A stretch of 64,000 bases of DNA, taken from contig JBKHIT010000020.1 of NCBI GenBank assembly GCA_046538485.1, positions 14,047-78,046 of the forward strand, read 5' to 3'. Source of the stretch: Candidatus Brocadiia bacterium. GTDB taxonomy: Bacteria; Planctomycetota; Brocadiia; SM23-32. Positions 48,770 to 59,501 of this stretch are shown here, piece after piece. The position numbers and the translations under genes were made by a program. The notes under the pieces are model-generated. The model did not search any database, was not told the origin of the DNA, and saw only the letters and a list, made by a program, of their open reading frames with translations. Each line of letters begins with the position of its first letter. Position 1 is the stretch's first letter.

Positions 48770-50128
48770 CTAATCTTTGTCCGTCTGCCGTTTCCGCCGT
48801 ATCTTTTCTATCATGCACCACATGCCGTAGCCTGCAAAGACGGATATTAACGGTGCCACAGGCACCCGGAAACGGGGGTGCGCCGCCGCACCGGGGAGCA
48901 CCAGAAAGTAGAACAACAAAAGACCGAGAAATACGATAAAAATTCGGTCAGATTCTCGGATCAGACCTGCAATCGCGCCTGTCAAGCCCAGAACATAGGA
49001 CACTCCCAGCAGAATTATCAGGGGAAGCGCCAGCACGAGCCAGCCCCATTTGCCGCCGAAATAGTTCCTAATCGCTGCGAGCAATCCGCGGGTTCTCAGG
49101 ACATGAAGCGTCCCGGATCCTCCGATCTCGACTCCCCATGCGCGGAACAGATCGCCCGCCGCCGGAAGCAGATTCGTCGGCACAGTTTTCAGATGCAACC
49201 AGGCATACTGGATCGGATACTGAAGGATAACCTTCCGCCCTTTTCGCATGGCATACCGGGCGGTCTGGGCCTGGGTTTCGCGAAGTGCAAGCTCCCGGTC
49301 AATCCCCTCTTGCACTTTTCCGAACGTCTCCTTTTTCCTGCGGGAGATCAGGGCTGCCGCATTATAACGGTACAGGTTAATCGCGCCCACGCTGCTGAAA
49401 TGGAGATAATCCGCCCTCGTAGCGTTTCTCAGATACCACGGAAGGATCGTCAGGAGGGTTGCGGCGGCAAAAATTGCGGCCGTGCGCCATTGTTTCCTGG
49501 TGCACAACAGCAGGACCGGCAGGAAAGCAATTGGGAGAATGATCGCGCGCAGATAGGCCAACGCCCCCATCAGAATGCCCCCCATCGTGGCGGGCGCGGC
49601 ATTCTCTCCGGACATCCGTGAGTCATAAATATCGTAGAGAAGATTCAACTGCGCCAAAAATACCAGGGTGAACAGTGTCTCGGACAGCACGCGGCAACTG
49701 TAAACGATCGAAACGACACTGACGGATTGGAAGGCGGCCGCGGGGATTGCGTATTTTCTCCCGAAAAGCCGGTGTGCCAGGCGCCACACCAGCGCGCAGA
49801 CCGCAACCCCCATCACGACCTGCAGCAGACAGACAAAGGCCGGATTTTTGCTGATCGCAAAGGTCAGGGACAAAAAGAGAGGGTAACCGGGGACGCGAAA
49901 GATTTCCGGCTGCTGTTCTGTTCCGTAACGACCCGTTTCCAGCAGGTTTTCCCCCAGCCGAACATAATCTGCAGAATCCGGCGAAAAAAACAGGCCTGGA
50001 TTCCCCACGCCCCCCGTCCAGACGAGCAACCTGACAGTCAGCGCCATCAGCAAGATAGCCCAAAATGCACGGTTTAGGGCGGGACAAAGCGGCGAACTTT
50101 GTTTTTCGCTCATACCGGGAACCACCAC
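48770..50128 (-). CDS. GT-C fold (ArnT/GT39-like) integral membrane glycosyltransferase
   Basis: PDSADY, RVPGYPLFL, LSETLF, PWYLRN, PRFRVP; many TM helices. Confidence 0.8.
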   Translation of the reverse strand: MVVPGMSEKQSSPLCPALNRAFWAILLMALTVRLLVWTGGVGNPGLFFSPDSADYVRLGENLLETGRYGTEQQPEIFRVPGYPLFLSLTFAISKNPAFVCLLQVVMGVAVCALVWRLAHRLFGRKYAIPAAAFQSVSVVSIVYSCRVLSETLFTLVFLAQLNLLYDIYDSRMSGENAAPATMGGILMGALAYLRAIILPIAFLPVLLLCTRKQWRTAAIFAAATLLTILPWYLRNATRADYLHFSSVGAINLYRYNAAALISRRKKETFGKVQEGIDRELALRETQAQTARYAMRKGRKVILQYPIQYAWLHLKTVPTNLLPAAGDLFRAWGVEIGGSGTLHVLRTRGLLAAIRNYFGGKWGWLVLALPLIILLGVSYVLGLTGAIAGLIRESDRIFIVFLGLLLFYFLVLPGAAAHPRFRVPVAPLISVFAGYGMWCMIEKIRRKRQTDKD

Positions 50129-50479
50129 GATCCTCTGCGATACAGGAGATTTTGTGTATATTTATACAGGAATGAGTCAGATTGTTCACCAGCCGGGTCT
50201 TGAGGTGAATCGGTGAACGGTGTTAATCTCCTCGGGGATCACTTGCCCTTCGGTCCCTCTTAACCATCGTTCGGCATAGAGCTGTTGTACGAAGAAACAG
50301 GTTGGGGCTGGCGAATTCGCCGTTGCCGTATCTTCGTGCTCTTCGTGCCCTTTGTGGTGATCGGTTCCGCCGTTCACTCAATCCGTTGCGTTCCTCAGAA
50401 CTCTTTCCAATCCGTTCCTCAGTTCACTCTAACCCGGCGTTTCCGTACCCACTGCCGCCCAACCACTAACGACCCTCAG

Positions 50480-52423
50480 TTATTTGTCCCTGACCCACTG
50501 CTCGAACATGAGCACATCCCACAGGTAATACGCCCAGTCGCAGTCCCCGGCGATATGTTGTTCCCACTTCTTGCGGATCGGTTTCGGCTGGAGATAGCCC
50601 TCTCGCTCGAGCCGGTCGGGCGACAGCAGATCTTCGCCCCATTCCCGGAGCGGTCCGCGAAGCCACGACCCAATCGGCACACCAAAACCTTTTTTAGGTC
50701 TGTCCACCAGCTCCGGCGGCACATAATCGTAAAGCACCTGCCGCAGGAGCCATTTCGGCCCTTTCTCGATACGAATCCTCTTCGGCAACCGCCAGGCAAA
50801 TTCCACAACCCGGTGATCGAGCAGCGGCACCCGCGCTTCCAGGCTCACCGCCATGCTGGCCCGGTCGACTTTCGTGAGAATATCCCCCGGGAGATAGCCC
50901 ACTAAATCATGATACATCATGGCGAATTCCAGTTCCGTCAGGGGGTTATCCTCCCGATCGGGGGCGAGTGATTCTTCTTCCACCCCTTTGACTATATCCC
51001 CGGGCTTTTTCCAGTGTGACAACAGATCCTGGGAAAGAGGCAGCGGGTCCTTAAGTCCCAGCAGTTCTTTCACCCGTTTCGCCAGGTAGCGCGGAGCGCG
51101 ATTCGGTCGGGAGTGGGACCCTCCAGCGTTCCTCAAACGCGAAACCAGCGCCCAGACAAAACTCGGGAGCACACCAGCGATACTTCCAAACAGACGCCGA
51201 AACGGGATCAATCGCAACTTCGACCAGAGGCGCGCGGTGGTACGGTAACGATTGTAGCCGTAGAACAACTCATCGCCCCCGTCACCGGACAGACTGACGG
51301 TTACCTCCCGGCGTGCCAGTTTGGACACCAGGAAGGTCGGTATTTGGGAAGAATCAGCGAACGGTTCGTCGTAGATTTCGGGCAGTTGCGGGATAACATT
51401 CCGGGCCTGCTCAGGTGTTACGTAGAGTTCGTTATGATCGGTCCCCAGGTGTCGGGCGACCTCACCGGCGTATTCGGCCTCGTCATAATCGGGTTCGCGG
51501 AATCCAATCGAGAAGGTGCGCGCGGGCTGGCTCGATTGAGCCTGCATAAGCGCGACAACCGTCGAGGAATCGTATCCGCCCGAAAGGAATGCTCCCAACG
51601 GCACGTCGGCTTCCATGCGCAGGCCAACCGAATCGAGCAGAAGGTGATTGAGTTTCTTTTTTGCGTCGGTCGCATCAATATCGAGCGGCTCGCGCATGCA
51701 TTCTTCGATGATATTGCGGGGATCCCAGCAGAACGACGGCGTGGGGAGTCGGTGAGAATTGACATCCTGCAAGGAGAGCGTCAGAACCTGTCCCGGCAGC
51801 AATTTCCTGGTGTTTTCGTGGATAGTATGGGGTGCGGGGACATAGCTATGGCGGAGGAAAAGCCCCGGGGAGTATCTGTTGATATCGTTGTCCCATGTGG
51901 GGAGATTCCGGAGGGCTTTCAGTTCCGACCCAAAAACGAAATTCCGCTCTGCCCATCCGTAGTAAAGCGGTTTTATGCCCAGCCGGTCTCTGACGAGCGA
52001 GAGTGTTTGTTTCTTTCTATCCCACACGGCGAAAGCGAACATTCCGTTGAGTTTTCCGATGGTTTTGTCGAGCCCCCAGTGGGCGACGGATTCGACGAGG
52101 ACTTCGGTATCGGAATGTCCGCGCCAGTTTATGTCGGATCCGGTACGTTCGAGTTCTTTTCGGAGCGTTTTGTAGTTATAGATCTCTCCGTTGTAGACGA
52201 GGACGTACCGTCCGCACGCGGACGCCATGGGTTGGTGTCCTTCAGCGGAGAGATCGATGATGGAGAGTCGTCGGTGACCGAGGCCGACCTGTCCGTTTTC
52301 TGATGTCCAGACACCCGAATCGTCTGGTCCCCGGTGTGCGAGGGGCGCGATCATACGCGCCACGAGTTCCGCGGGGGCCAGATCATTTGATTGTGATGTT
52401 ATCAGTCCGGCTATACCGCACAT
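50480..52423 (-). CDS. asnB: Asparagine synthase-like glutamine amidotransferase
   Basis: MCGIAG, HRGPD, YNGEIYN, LSGGYDSS, SGDGGDELF, KVDRASMA. Confidence 0.95.
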   Translation of the reverse strand: MCGIAGLITSQSNDLAPAELVARMIAPLAHRGPDDSGVWTSENGQVGLGHRRLSIIDLSAEGHQPMASACGRYVLVYNGEIYNYKTLRKELERTGSDINWRGHSDTEVLVESVAHWGLDKTIGKLNGMFAFAVWDRKKQTLSLVRDRLGIKPLYYGWAERNFVFGSELKALRNLPTWDNDINRYSPGLFLRHSYVPAPHTIHENTRKLLPGQVLTLSLQDVNSHRLPTPSFCWDPRNIIEECMREPLDIDATDAKKKLNHLLLDSVGLRMEADVPLGAFLSGGYDSSTVVALMQAQSSQPARTFSIGFREPDYDEAEYAGEVARHLGTDHNELYVTPEQARNVIPQLPEIYDEPFADSSQIPTFLVSKLARREVTVSLSGDGGDELFYGYNRYRTTARLWSKLRLIPFRRLFGSIAGVLPSFVWALVSRLRNAGGSHSRPNRAPRYLAKRVKELLGLKDPLPLSQDLLSHWKKPGDIVKGVEEESLAPDREDNPLTELEFAMMYHDLVGYLPGDILTKVDRASMAVSLEARVPLLDHRVVEFAWRLPKRIRIEKGPKWLLRQVLYDYVPPELVDRPKKGFGVPIGSWLRGPLREWGEDLLSPDRLEREGYLQPKPIRKKWEQHIAGDCDWAYYLWDVLMFEQWVRDK

Positions 52424-52650
52424 TTACAAATATCCGACGAAAAGAATCACGGGTTGGGACAGGACTCAGCACGCTTGCTTGTTTCTGGCCTCCTGTGTAC
52501 GACACGTTTGAGCCCGGATTCATCAGAATCACAATTATCAGACTCTAAGATTTCAGATACGAGATCTCAAGCAAAAAACCGTTACGCACAATTGCATGAA
52601 CTGAGGTAAGCGAGCATAATACAGGCAGGATCAGTTTCAGGAGGTCACCG

Positions 52651-53541
52651 GTGAGTAAAAAGCCAACCCCAATCTTCGTGCTCGGAAAACATCGGTCAGG
52701 CACCACCTGGGTGCGTGAAATCCTGGGCAATCATCCGGATGTGGCCTCTGTTGGAGCCGAGAGTGCCTTTTTCTCCCATGTCATACCAAAATTTGGCCCA
52801 ATCGAGACGGCGAATGATTTTATTGCTTTTGCGGAGGCTTTTGGGGCCTCCTATTTCTTTGCTCTCAGCGGGCAGGAGAAGTCGGATCTCTACAGGTATG
52901 GACCACTCCCGCTGCGGACATTTTTCCAGCGTTTCATGGATGATGTTGCCCGTAAGGAGAACTGTCAATTCTGGCTCGATAAAACCCCTGACCACACACT
53001 TCACATCAACAGATTACTTCACATCTATAAGGATGCCAGATTCGTTGGTATTACACGAGACCCGGCTGAAGTAGCCCGGTCAAGCCTGAAAATGTTCCAC
53101 AATAAAAAGCATTTACCCTCCGTACGGAAACGAAAGCTCTTTTTGCTACGGACTGTCTTTTTACGCCAGGCGTATAATAAATATCTGGAAAGGGCGCGAA
53201 ACCAGTCCAGTCGGGTTTTCCGGGTCCATTATGAGGATCTGTTAAATGACACTTCTTCAACCGTAAAGGGCATGTGTGATTTCCTGAATATCAGTTATCA
53301 CCCTGATATGCTCGATACGGGGGACGCCAACACGAGCTTTTCGTCCGAGCGGGAGAGAAAGCAAACGCTCAGCAACAATGAGGTGAACTGGGTGACTTCC
53401 GTCAATTCCGTGCTGCGTTATTTGCCCACGGCCTTTTTTGATGCAATTCTGGCCGCCAACGCTCTCCGCAGACGTCTCAGTCCCAGGCCACTTCCCCACT
53501 GGTTTTACAAATCCAAAAAGCAGGAACTTGGATGGGACTGA
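52651..53541 (+). CDS. Sulfotransferase (antisense to the locus)
   Basis: GKHRSGTT, DKTP, RDP..VARS, HYEDL. Confidence 0.88.
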   Translation: MSKKPTPIFVLGKHRSGTTWVREILGNHPDVASVGAESAFFSHVIPKFGPIETANDFIAFAEAFGASYFFALSGQEKSDLYRYGPLPLRTFFQRFMDDVARKENCQFWLDKTPDHTLHINRLLHIYKDARFVGITRDPAEVARSSLKMFHNKKHLPSVRKRKLFLLRTVFLRQAYNKYLERARNQSSRVFRVHYEDLLNDTSSTVKGMCDFLNISYHPDMLDTGDANTSFSSERERKQTLSNNEVNWVTSVNSVLRYLPTAFFDAILAANALRRRLSPRPLPHWFYKSKKQELGWD

Positions 53542-53603
53542 GCTACTTTATCTGACTCCTTTGCGGTTTCTGTATTGTTAGTCCCGAAGGGACGGTCTCA
53601 TAC

Positions 53604-53855
53604 TAACCCGGATATTTCACGAGCCGTCAGTGCGACAGATGTGAGAACAGACAAGGTTGCTCGTGTTCTTACACCGCAACTGCAGGGTGTTCCCACAGAT
53701 GGCGTGCTGACGGCTCGGTCGGAGACCAAACCGGTGTCTTTGGCAGCTCTGAAAACACCCTGTGCTCAGAAATGCATCTCACATGGTCGCATTATATATC
53801 GCTCAAGTTGTTTTTAGAATGGTTTCCGCCTGAGGTTTGTGAAATTTCCGGGTTA
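53604..53855. mobile_element. MITE (~250 bp), copy 2
   Basis: TA-acccggatatttcac...gtgaaatttccgggt-TA (one mismatch in the TIR). Confidence 0.8.
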
Positions 53856-53896
53856 AGCGGTCGGGCATAAGTAACCCAAGGATTTGAAAATAGCCC

Positions 53897-54108
53897 GCTC
53901 TCTCAAGCGCCCCTTCGGGACGCGTTTTGTTTGGTGACCCTTGGAACCCCGAACTCCGGCGGCTGACGCCGCCTCCGCACGCGGCTACGCTCTCAATCGG
54001 CCCTCCGGGCCGCCCTCAACAGGCGATCACCAGCCGTTGCCGTTTATGCTGTTCGTCTGTACGCTGTTGCTGTCCAACTCCGAACTCAGAACTCAGAACT
54101 TAGAACTC
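53897..54108. repeat. REP unit plus (agaactc)n heptamer tract
   Basis: Matches 47963-48060 and 42495-42555; heptamers 54076-54108. Confidence 0.75.
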
Positions 54109-55231
54109 ACACCCGCCGTATCAACCTCTCCCACTGGTCCAGAAATCTCTCCAGGCTGAACCGTTCAAGCACTTCAGGAGCGCGTTCGGCCATCCTTTTC
54201 CGCCGGTCGGCGTCGCTCATCAGATCTGTGAGCGCCTCCGCCAGTGCGCCGACATCCCCCGGCGGCACCAGCAGGCCGTCCGTGCCATCGCGGATGATCT
54301 CACCGGGCCCGGTGGGACAGTTGAAAGAGACCGCCGGCAGCCCGCATGCCATCGCCTCGGTCAGCGCATTGGGGAATCCCTCGTAGCGGGAACTCATGAC
54401 GTACAGATCGGCGGCCCTCAGAACCGGATACGGGTTGCGGAACTGGCCCGGCATCCTGACCATATCGTCAATACCCAGTCTCCGCGCGAGTCCGTCCAGC
54501 TCCTCCCGCAACCGACCCTCGCCAAGCACGATCGTCGTCCAGTCTCTCCGGGTCTCCTCCGGGATGCGCGATAGCGCCTCGAACAGCATATCGTATCCCT
54601 TCTGTCGCACGAGCCGGCCCATGGCGATCATGCAGCGGCGCGGTTGTATCTCCGCGGCCAAGGCCTCGGCCTCGGAATCGCCGGGGCGGTCCTCCAGCAG
54701 CACGGGATTCTGGATGGGAATCACTCTGCCGACGGACATCCAGCCGCGATACATCTCCGCAATCCCCCTGCTGCAGGTTACCAGTCTGTCGGCCAGGGGA
54801 TAGCATACGCGCCGGGCCAGCCGGGTGATGGGGGAGAGTGCCATGCGGGTGGGATGGTTGCGGGCGCCGAGGATCGTTCGTACGGGCACACGTTCGGCCA
54901 GCCGGGTGGAAAGGATCGCCAGGACATTCGGCTCGGCCATCAGGCTTATCAGGACATCGGGGCGCAGATCCCGCAGCGTACGCCGTATGGCGCGAACCCG
55001 GGCCATATTCTTGTGCCACATGTCGACGACTCCGGTGCTGTCCCACTGCAGATCGAGTGGTCTCCGGCGGACGTCTGCCCGGAGTTCATAGAAGGGGTTC
55101 TGCGGCCCGCCGAGGGTGATGAGCGACATGTCGTAGCCCCGCCGTGCAAGCCCGTTGCTCAGCAGGGCGGTGACGCGTTCGGCGCCGCCGCAGGTGATGC
55201 TGTGCATGAGTATGGCGACCGATGGTTTCAC
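54107..55231 (-). CDS. GT4 glycosyltransferase, paralogue of 42848..44008
   Basis: CGGAERVTALL, IPIQNPV, SSRYEGFPNALTEAMACGLP shared; probable GTG start 55231. Confidence 0.92.
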   Translation of the reverse strand: MKPSVAILMHSITCGGAERVTALLSNGLARRGYDMSLITLGGPQNPFYELRADVRRRPLDLQWDSTGVVDMWHKNMARVRAIRRTLRDLRPDVLISLMAEPNVLAILSTRLAERVPVRTILGARNHPTRMALSPITRLARRVCYPLADRLVTCSRGIAEMYRGWMSVGRVIPIQNPVLLEDRPGDSEAEALAAEIQPRRCMIAMGRLVRQKGYDMLFEALSRIPEETRRDWTTIVLGEGRLREELDGLARRLGIDDMVRMPGQFRNPYPVLRAADLYVMSSRYEGFPNALTEAMACGLPAVSFNCPTGPGEIIRDGTDGLLVPPGDVGALAEALTDLMSDADRRKRMAERAPEVLERFSLERFLDQWERLIRRV

Positions 55232-55555
55232 AGTTTCCTCCACGAATGGACGCAAATTATTATGAACCACAGGTCACACGGAGACACGGGGGACACGGAG
55301 AAAAGCAAAAAACCTGCGATAAACAACTTCACTCCGATATAAACTACAAAAACCGTTTTTCCAGCCGTCTGTCGCACGTCCGTCCTGTTGGTTGTGTCTT
55401 CTTCCAATCTACGTCGTCGTTTTCAGCTGTTTACCCTAAATCAATCTGTTGCCCCCGCAGTCGCGGGGCTGGGCCGCAAAGCGGCACCAGCGCGCCATAA
55501 GTAATCTGTGCCAATCTGTGCAATTAGCCGTACGGCAAATCTCCGATCCGTGGAC

Positions 55556-56293
55556 TTACGTCGTTTTTGATGCTATCAGAAAATATCGGGGGCAGGCCAG
55601 CCACTTCCCGGCCGAATGTAAAAACAGGGGATGCAGAAAGCGTAGTGAGTATGGGACGTAGGGGATTTTCCGTACTGCGGTAAACCCAGCTTCGTTCAAC
55701 GCAAGGGCCCACTCCTTCGCTTTTTGTTTGGTGGACCAGTCCACACTTTCCCTCCCCAGCGTCCGTTCAATCCAGGGCCGCAGGCCCGAACGTGTGAGGT
55801 CATCGATCAGCAGTATCCCATCATTGGTCAGGTGCTCTTTCAGTCGGACGAACAGCTCGGTGCAACGATGGAACATCTCAGCGTTCACGTGCAGCGGATC
55901 AGAGGTGCAGTAAATATGGTGCAAAACGTCGCAGGCGGTAATCAGCGAAAACTTCTCATCATTTGCATGGCGCAGAAATGCCCCGACGGTCTCCTCATGC
56001 AGCCGTATCGTGCTTTCAAGTTGCTCGGACCGAATAAGGTTTTTTAGCTGTGCCCAGTCATCGCGACTGGTTCCGTCCCCTTCAACGAGGGGGTCCACTC
56101 CGACCCCTTCTTTAAATCCGAATTCCGTGCATAAAAGAACCAGAAAATGTCCGTGCCCGCAGCCGATATCCAGCACTCGGTGGCGGTTCTGTACAAAAGA
56201 CATCCAGTGACGTACCGTATACCTCATTTTCTTCGGAGTGACGGTGAGGCCTTTTTTTTCGGCCCTGTGGGTAATTGCCTCTTCCAAATTCAT
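55556..56293 (-). CDS. Class I SAM-dependent methyltransferase
   Basis: VLDIGCGHG, DVLHHI; start MNLEE. Confidence 0.85.
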   Translation of the reverse strand: MNLEEAITHRAEKKGLTVTPKKMRYTVRHWMSFVQNRHRVLDIGCGHGHFLVLLCTEFGFKEGVGVDPLVEGDGTSRDDWAQLKNLIRSEQLESTIRLHEETVGAFLRHANDEKFSLITACDVLHHIYCTSDPLHVNAEMFHRCTELFVRLKEHLTNDGILLIDDLTRSGLRPWIERTLGRESVDWSTKQKAKEWALALNEAGFTAVRKIPYVPYSLRFLHPLFLHSAGKWLACPRYFLIASKTT

Positions 56294-56354
56294 GATTCCC
56301 CGACCAAAAAAACGTCGAACTTCGTTTCTTTCGCACTTCCTCTCTATTTCTGCC

Positions 56355-57359
56355 TCATTTTTCTCTTCGTCCCCGTTCTGCCCGTCCTTTAATAGCTCGG
56401 AGACATTCGGAAACGCGATTTCGCAGCCACCTGGGAAAGTAGAGCGGCAATTCACTTACATAGCGGATTATATTGCAGATGTTGCGGGGAGAAAGAGAGG
56501 GCAAGTCCATCTTTTCATATCCCCAGCGTTGCATTTCATCGCCAAGTATTAGGTCGAGCAGCCATATTTCCTCGACGGAGAGCTCGCTTTGCCAAGCATC
56601 TATACGATCCTTGCGGGGCTTTTCGTGTATTAATGGGTGCAGATGTTGCTGTGACGGGGGTATTGCGTCCTCGTAACATCTCTGACCTGTATCGGGGCGG
56701 GCAGGGACCTCCAGGAATGACAGCACCTTCTCCACTACTTCAGTCGGGTTACAAACGAGATTTTCATATTGCACAACTTTGAACCATCTTTTCCTTTTTA
56801 GCAGGCGCATTGTACGATACTTGCGTCTTTTCAGCCGTGTGAAAGCTATGGGATTGACAGCCATAGGCCTGTCCGTTTTAGACCCAATTGCCTTTTTCTG
56901 GGAATTATAAACGGCTCGCGGATCCCTCAGGGCAATCAGAATCTTACTATCGGGGAAAAGAGAGCGCAACTTCGGAATATGCAGCGTATAGCCGCCAGTT
57001 TTGTACACGCATACGGAGGGCGATTGGCCGCGGGCTCTGGCGCCCTCTTCCAGCAAAATGGGCAAGATATCCGAAAAATGAACCGGGAACTGTATCTGTT
57101 GCATCCTTTTGATCAGTATATGTTTCGGGATATCCCAGTTCCGGAACTTGCGGTCCTCGTAGAGTTCGTCAATCTCTTCTTTCAGATTGCTCTGACTGGA
57201 GGCATGAAACTCTTCCCGAACAATACCATCGGGCAGATTCGCTTCCAGACTGACTGTAACGTCCCGATATCCGTCCAGCATTTTGCTGAGCAGAGTCGAG
57301 CCGGAGCGTGGGATATATATCAGGAAAGCGAGTTGTGGCATGTTGTCCACGAATTCCAT
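56355..57359 (-). CDS. Sulfotransferase
   Basis: PRSGSTLL, RDPRAVYNS, YENLV. Confidence 0.88.
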   Translation of the reverse strand: MEFVDNMPQLAFLIYIPRSGSTLLSKMLDGYRDVTVSLEANLPDGIVREEFHASSQSNLKEEIDELYEDRKFRNWDIPKHILIKRMQQIQFPVHFSDILPILLEEGARARGQSPSVCVYKTGGYTLHIPKLRSLFPDSKILIALRDPRAVYNSQKKAIGSKTDRPMAVNPIAFTRLKRRKYRTMRLLKRKRWFKVVQYENLVCNPTEVVEKVLSFLEVPARPDTGQRCYEDAIPPSQQHLHPLIHEKPRKDRIDAWQSELSVEEIWLLDLILGDEMQRWGYEKMDLPSLSPRNICNIIRYVSELPLYFPRWLRNRVSECLRAIKGRAERGRREK

Positions 57360-57751
57360 CGATTAATTAGAGGTATAGGCTGACGGCGTACGACTTGCCT
57401 GTCCACAGATTACACAGATTATCACAGATTGTTTTTTGGGTGCGCCGGCTTGCTGGCCCTGCGCCTCCGGGGGCTAAAGGAATTAATGGCGTAGTTGTCC
57501 ACACATTACATGGATTGCACAGATTAACTTGTTTTGGCATGACTACCGACAACGACTTGAGCCAGCCTCTTACCAAACATGTACATACGCAACACTCCTC
57601 AGCTAGGAGCTGAACTGGTTCAAGGCAGAGGAGAGCTAGACAAGCCTTTGCCAACCATGAATCAACTGGAATCATGAAACGAGCCGCGGACAAACAGAAA
57701 AGTGGTCCAAACAAGCACAGAAATGATACACTCTGTCAGAGGAACAATCCG

Positions 57752-58537
57752 TCAACGCTTATTGAATATTTGGTGATATAACCTTTTGGATAAGTCATAA
57801 AGCCCTGTTTGCTTGAGCAAGGCTATAGTAATATGGAGAAATTGACGTTTTAGGCGTGTGATGAAAGTGTCATGAAATTTGTTGAAATGCAGGATCTTGG
57901 GTATTGCTTCTTGTTGTCGCCAAATATAGAGGTATTTGCTGTACCGGACATTATATTCGGGTGGTAGAGTAGCGATACGTAAATCGCTCAACCAGAGTAG
58001 CTCCCGAAGCGTAACCTGATCTTTTGTAAAACCTGCTTTGTGGTATGCACTGGCCCAATCGCACAACAATCTGTTAACTTTACCGCTATCCCGATATGCT
58101 ATGACGCCACCGTTGAATTGTGGGAACGCCTCCGGAATATCATGTCTCCAAATAGCTTGGGTACGGGGATTATGTCGGGCGTGAGCATGGGCAAGTGCAA
58201 TATCAAACTGATCCAGTACCGCAAAAACATCTCTAATATCAGAGACCACCCTTGTATCCGAATCAAGATATAGAGTTCTATCAAAAGGAGATCGGCGTAT
58301 ATAATCAACTTTTGATCTGGCATGCGGAGATTTAATATCTTGGACTGAGTCGAAAGTGTTCAATACACGTTGTCTTGTTGTAACCTCTAACTGATTAATC
58401 GAAGTAAATAGATGCGTGCCGATATCTGTCGTATGGCAGAGCACCGAATCGGCTGATTGTAAAGCGGAACGAACATACTTACCGCCTGTCGCAATATATA
58501 AACAACCCCAGTTCTCTTTGTCATGATTTTCAATCAT
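57752..58537 (-). CDS. GT-A fold glycosyltransferase (GT8-like)
   Basis: YIATG, SPFDRTLYLDSD, FNGGV, DQ..LR, PEYN. Confidence 0.8.
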   Translation of the reverse strand: MIENHDKENWGCLYIATGGKYVRSALQSADSVLCHTTDIGTHLFTSINQLEVTTRQRVLNTFDSVQDIKSPHARSKVDYIRRSPFDRTLYLDSDTRVVSDIRDVFAVLDQFDIALAHAHARHNPRTQAIWRHDIPEAFPQFNGGVIAYRDSGKVNRLLCDWASAYHKAGFTKDQVTLRELLWLSDLRIATLPPEYNVRYSKYLYIWRQQEAIPKILHFNKFHDTFITRLKRQFLHITIALLKQTGLYDLSKRLYHQIFNKR

Positions 58538-58543
58538 TGAGCT

Positions 58544-59398
58544 TTACCCAACATTGACATATTTTGCGTAGTATTCTTCCATCGCCTTGGGATGTCGAAT
58601 AGCCCCCTGAAAATGTACAAAAAGGCTCTCCATGTGCCTCAAAGATGAACCGTTTGCCTGATACTCTTGCCAACCTGGCCCGTAACCAAGTATCTTACCA
58701 GGAAAAAAGGTGTAGAGATCAGAATATTTTCGGAGCAAGACGGCTTGAAGCGCAGCTTGATCACCATGAATACCTTTCATGCATTCTTGGAGCCAATCTT
58801 CAATAATAGTCTTGTTTTTTTTCTTGCCTGCCCATGCAACCATACAGGAGCACAAGGGACGTAATAGACCCGCTTTTATTATTTCCCACCAACTTAGATT
58901 GGCGCTACATGGTTCGCTTCGTGTCCAACCAAGGGGTATTTTGTATTTTGTCACGAATCTCCAGAGGCGGCGGGAGCGGTTTTTGGCAACTACAACGGGA
59001 ACCTCGACAGTCTGGAGGTAATCAGTTAGACGACTAACAAGGTCGGTAACCAATATATCAATATCCCAATACACCAGCCAATCATAATCTGTAATGTTGA
59101 CATATTTATAGATTAACGGAGCAACGCAACAACAGGCAAATTTGTAAGCCCTGTCGGTCTGGAAATTCCGTATGTCGATAAGGCTCTGCGGAGATTGCGA
59201 TCGGGGATTCAGGTTCAAATGATCATCGCGCGGTATGATCTGTTCAATATCCGAACCATAAGATGTATACTCCCTCTCTTCGTCAGTAAGAATAAAAACG
59301 GGCCCGCCAAATTTGCCTACTTCACGTAATGTTTTGTAAGCAAGCGAAAAACAACGAGCGGCATTCTCACCAATGACCACCGTATAAAATGCTATCAT
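58544..59398 (-). CDS. Putative GT-A glycosyltransferase
   Basis: YWDIDIL (DxD), GDQAAL, VHF. Confidence 0.65.
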   Translation of the reverse strand: MIAFYTVVIGENAARCFSLAYKTLREVGKFGGPVFILTDEEREYTSYGSDIEQIIPRDDHLNLNPRSQSPQSLIDIRNFQTDRAYKFACCCVAPLIYKYVNITDYDWLVYWDIDILVTDLVSRLTDYLQTVEVPVVVAKNRSRRLWRFVTKYKIPLGWTRSEPCSANLSWWEIIKAGLLRPLCSCMVAWAGKKKNKTIIEDWLQECMKGIHGDQAALQAVLLRKYSDLYTFFPGKILGYGPGWQEYQANGSSLRHMESLFVHFQGAIRHPKAMEEYYAKYVNVG

Positions 59399-59501
59399 TC
59401 AATCCACCTCCTGGTTTTCGGATAAACCGTCCTTACTATCACGTTCATGTTGTGCAATTGGGATGTCCTCCGAGCATCATAGATAGGAATTACACAGGGA
59501 C

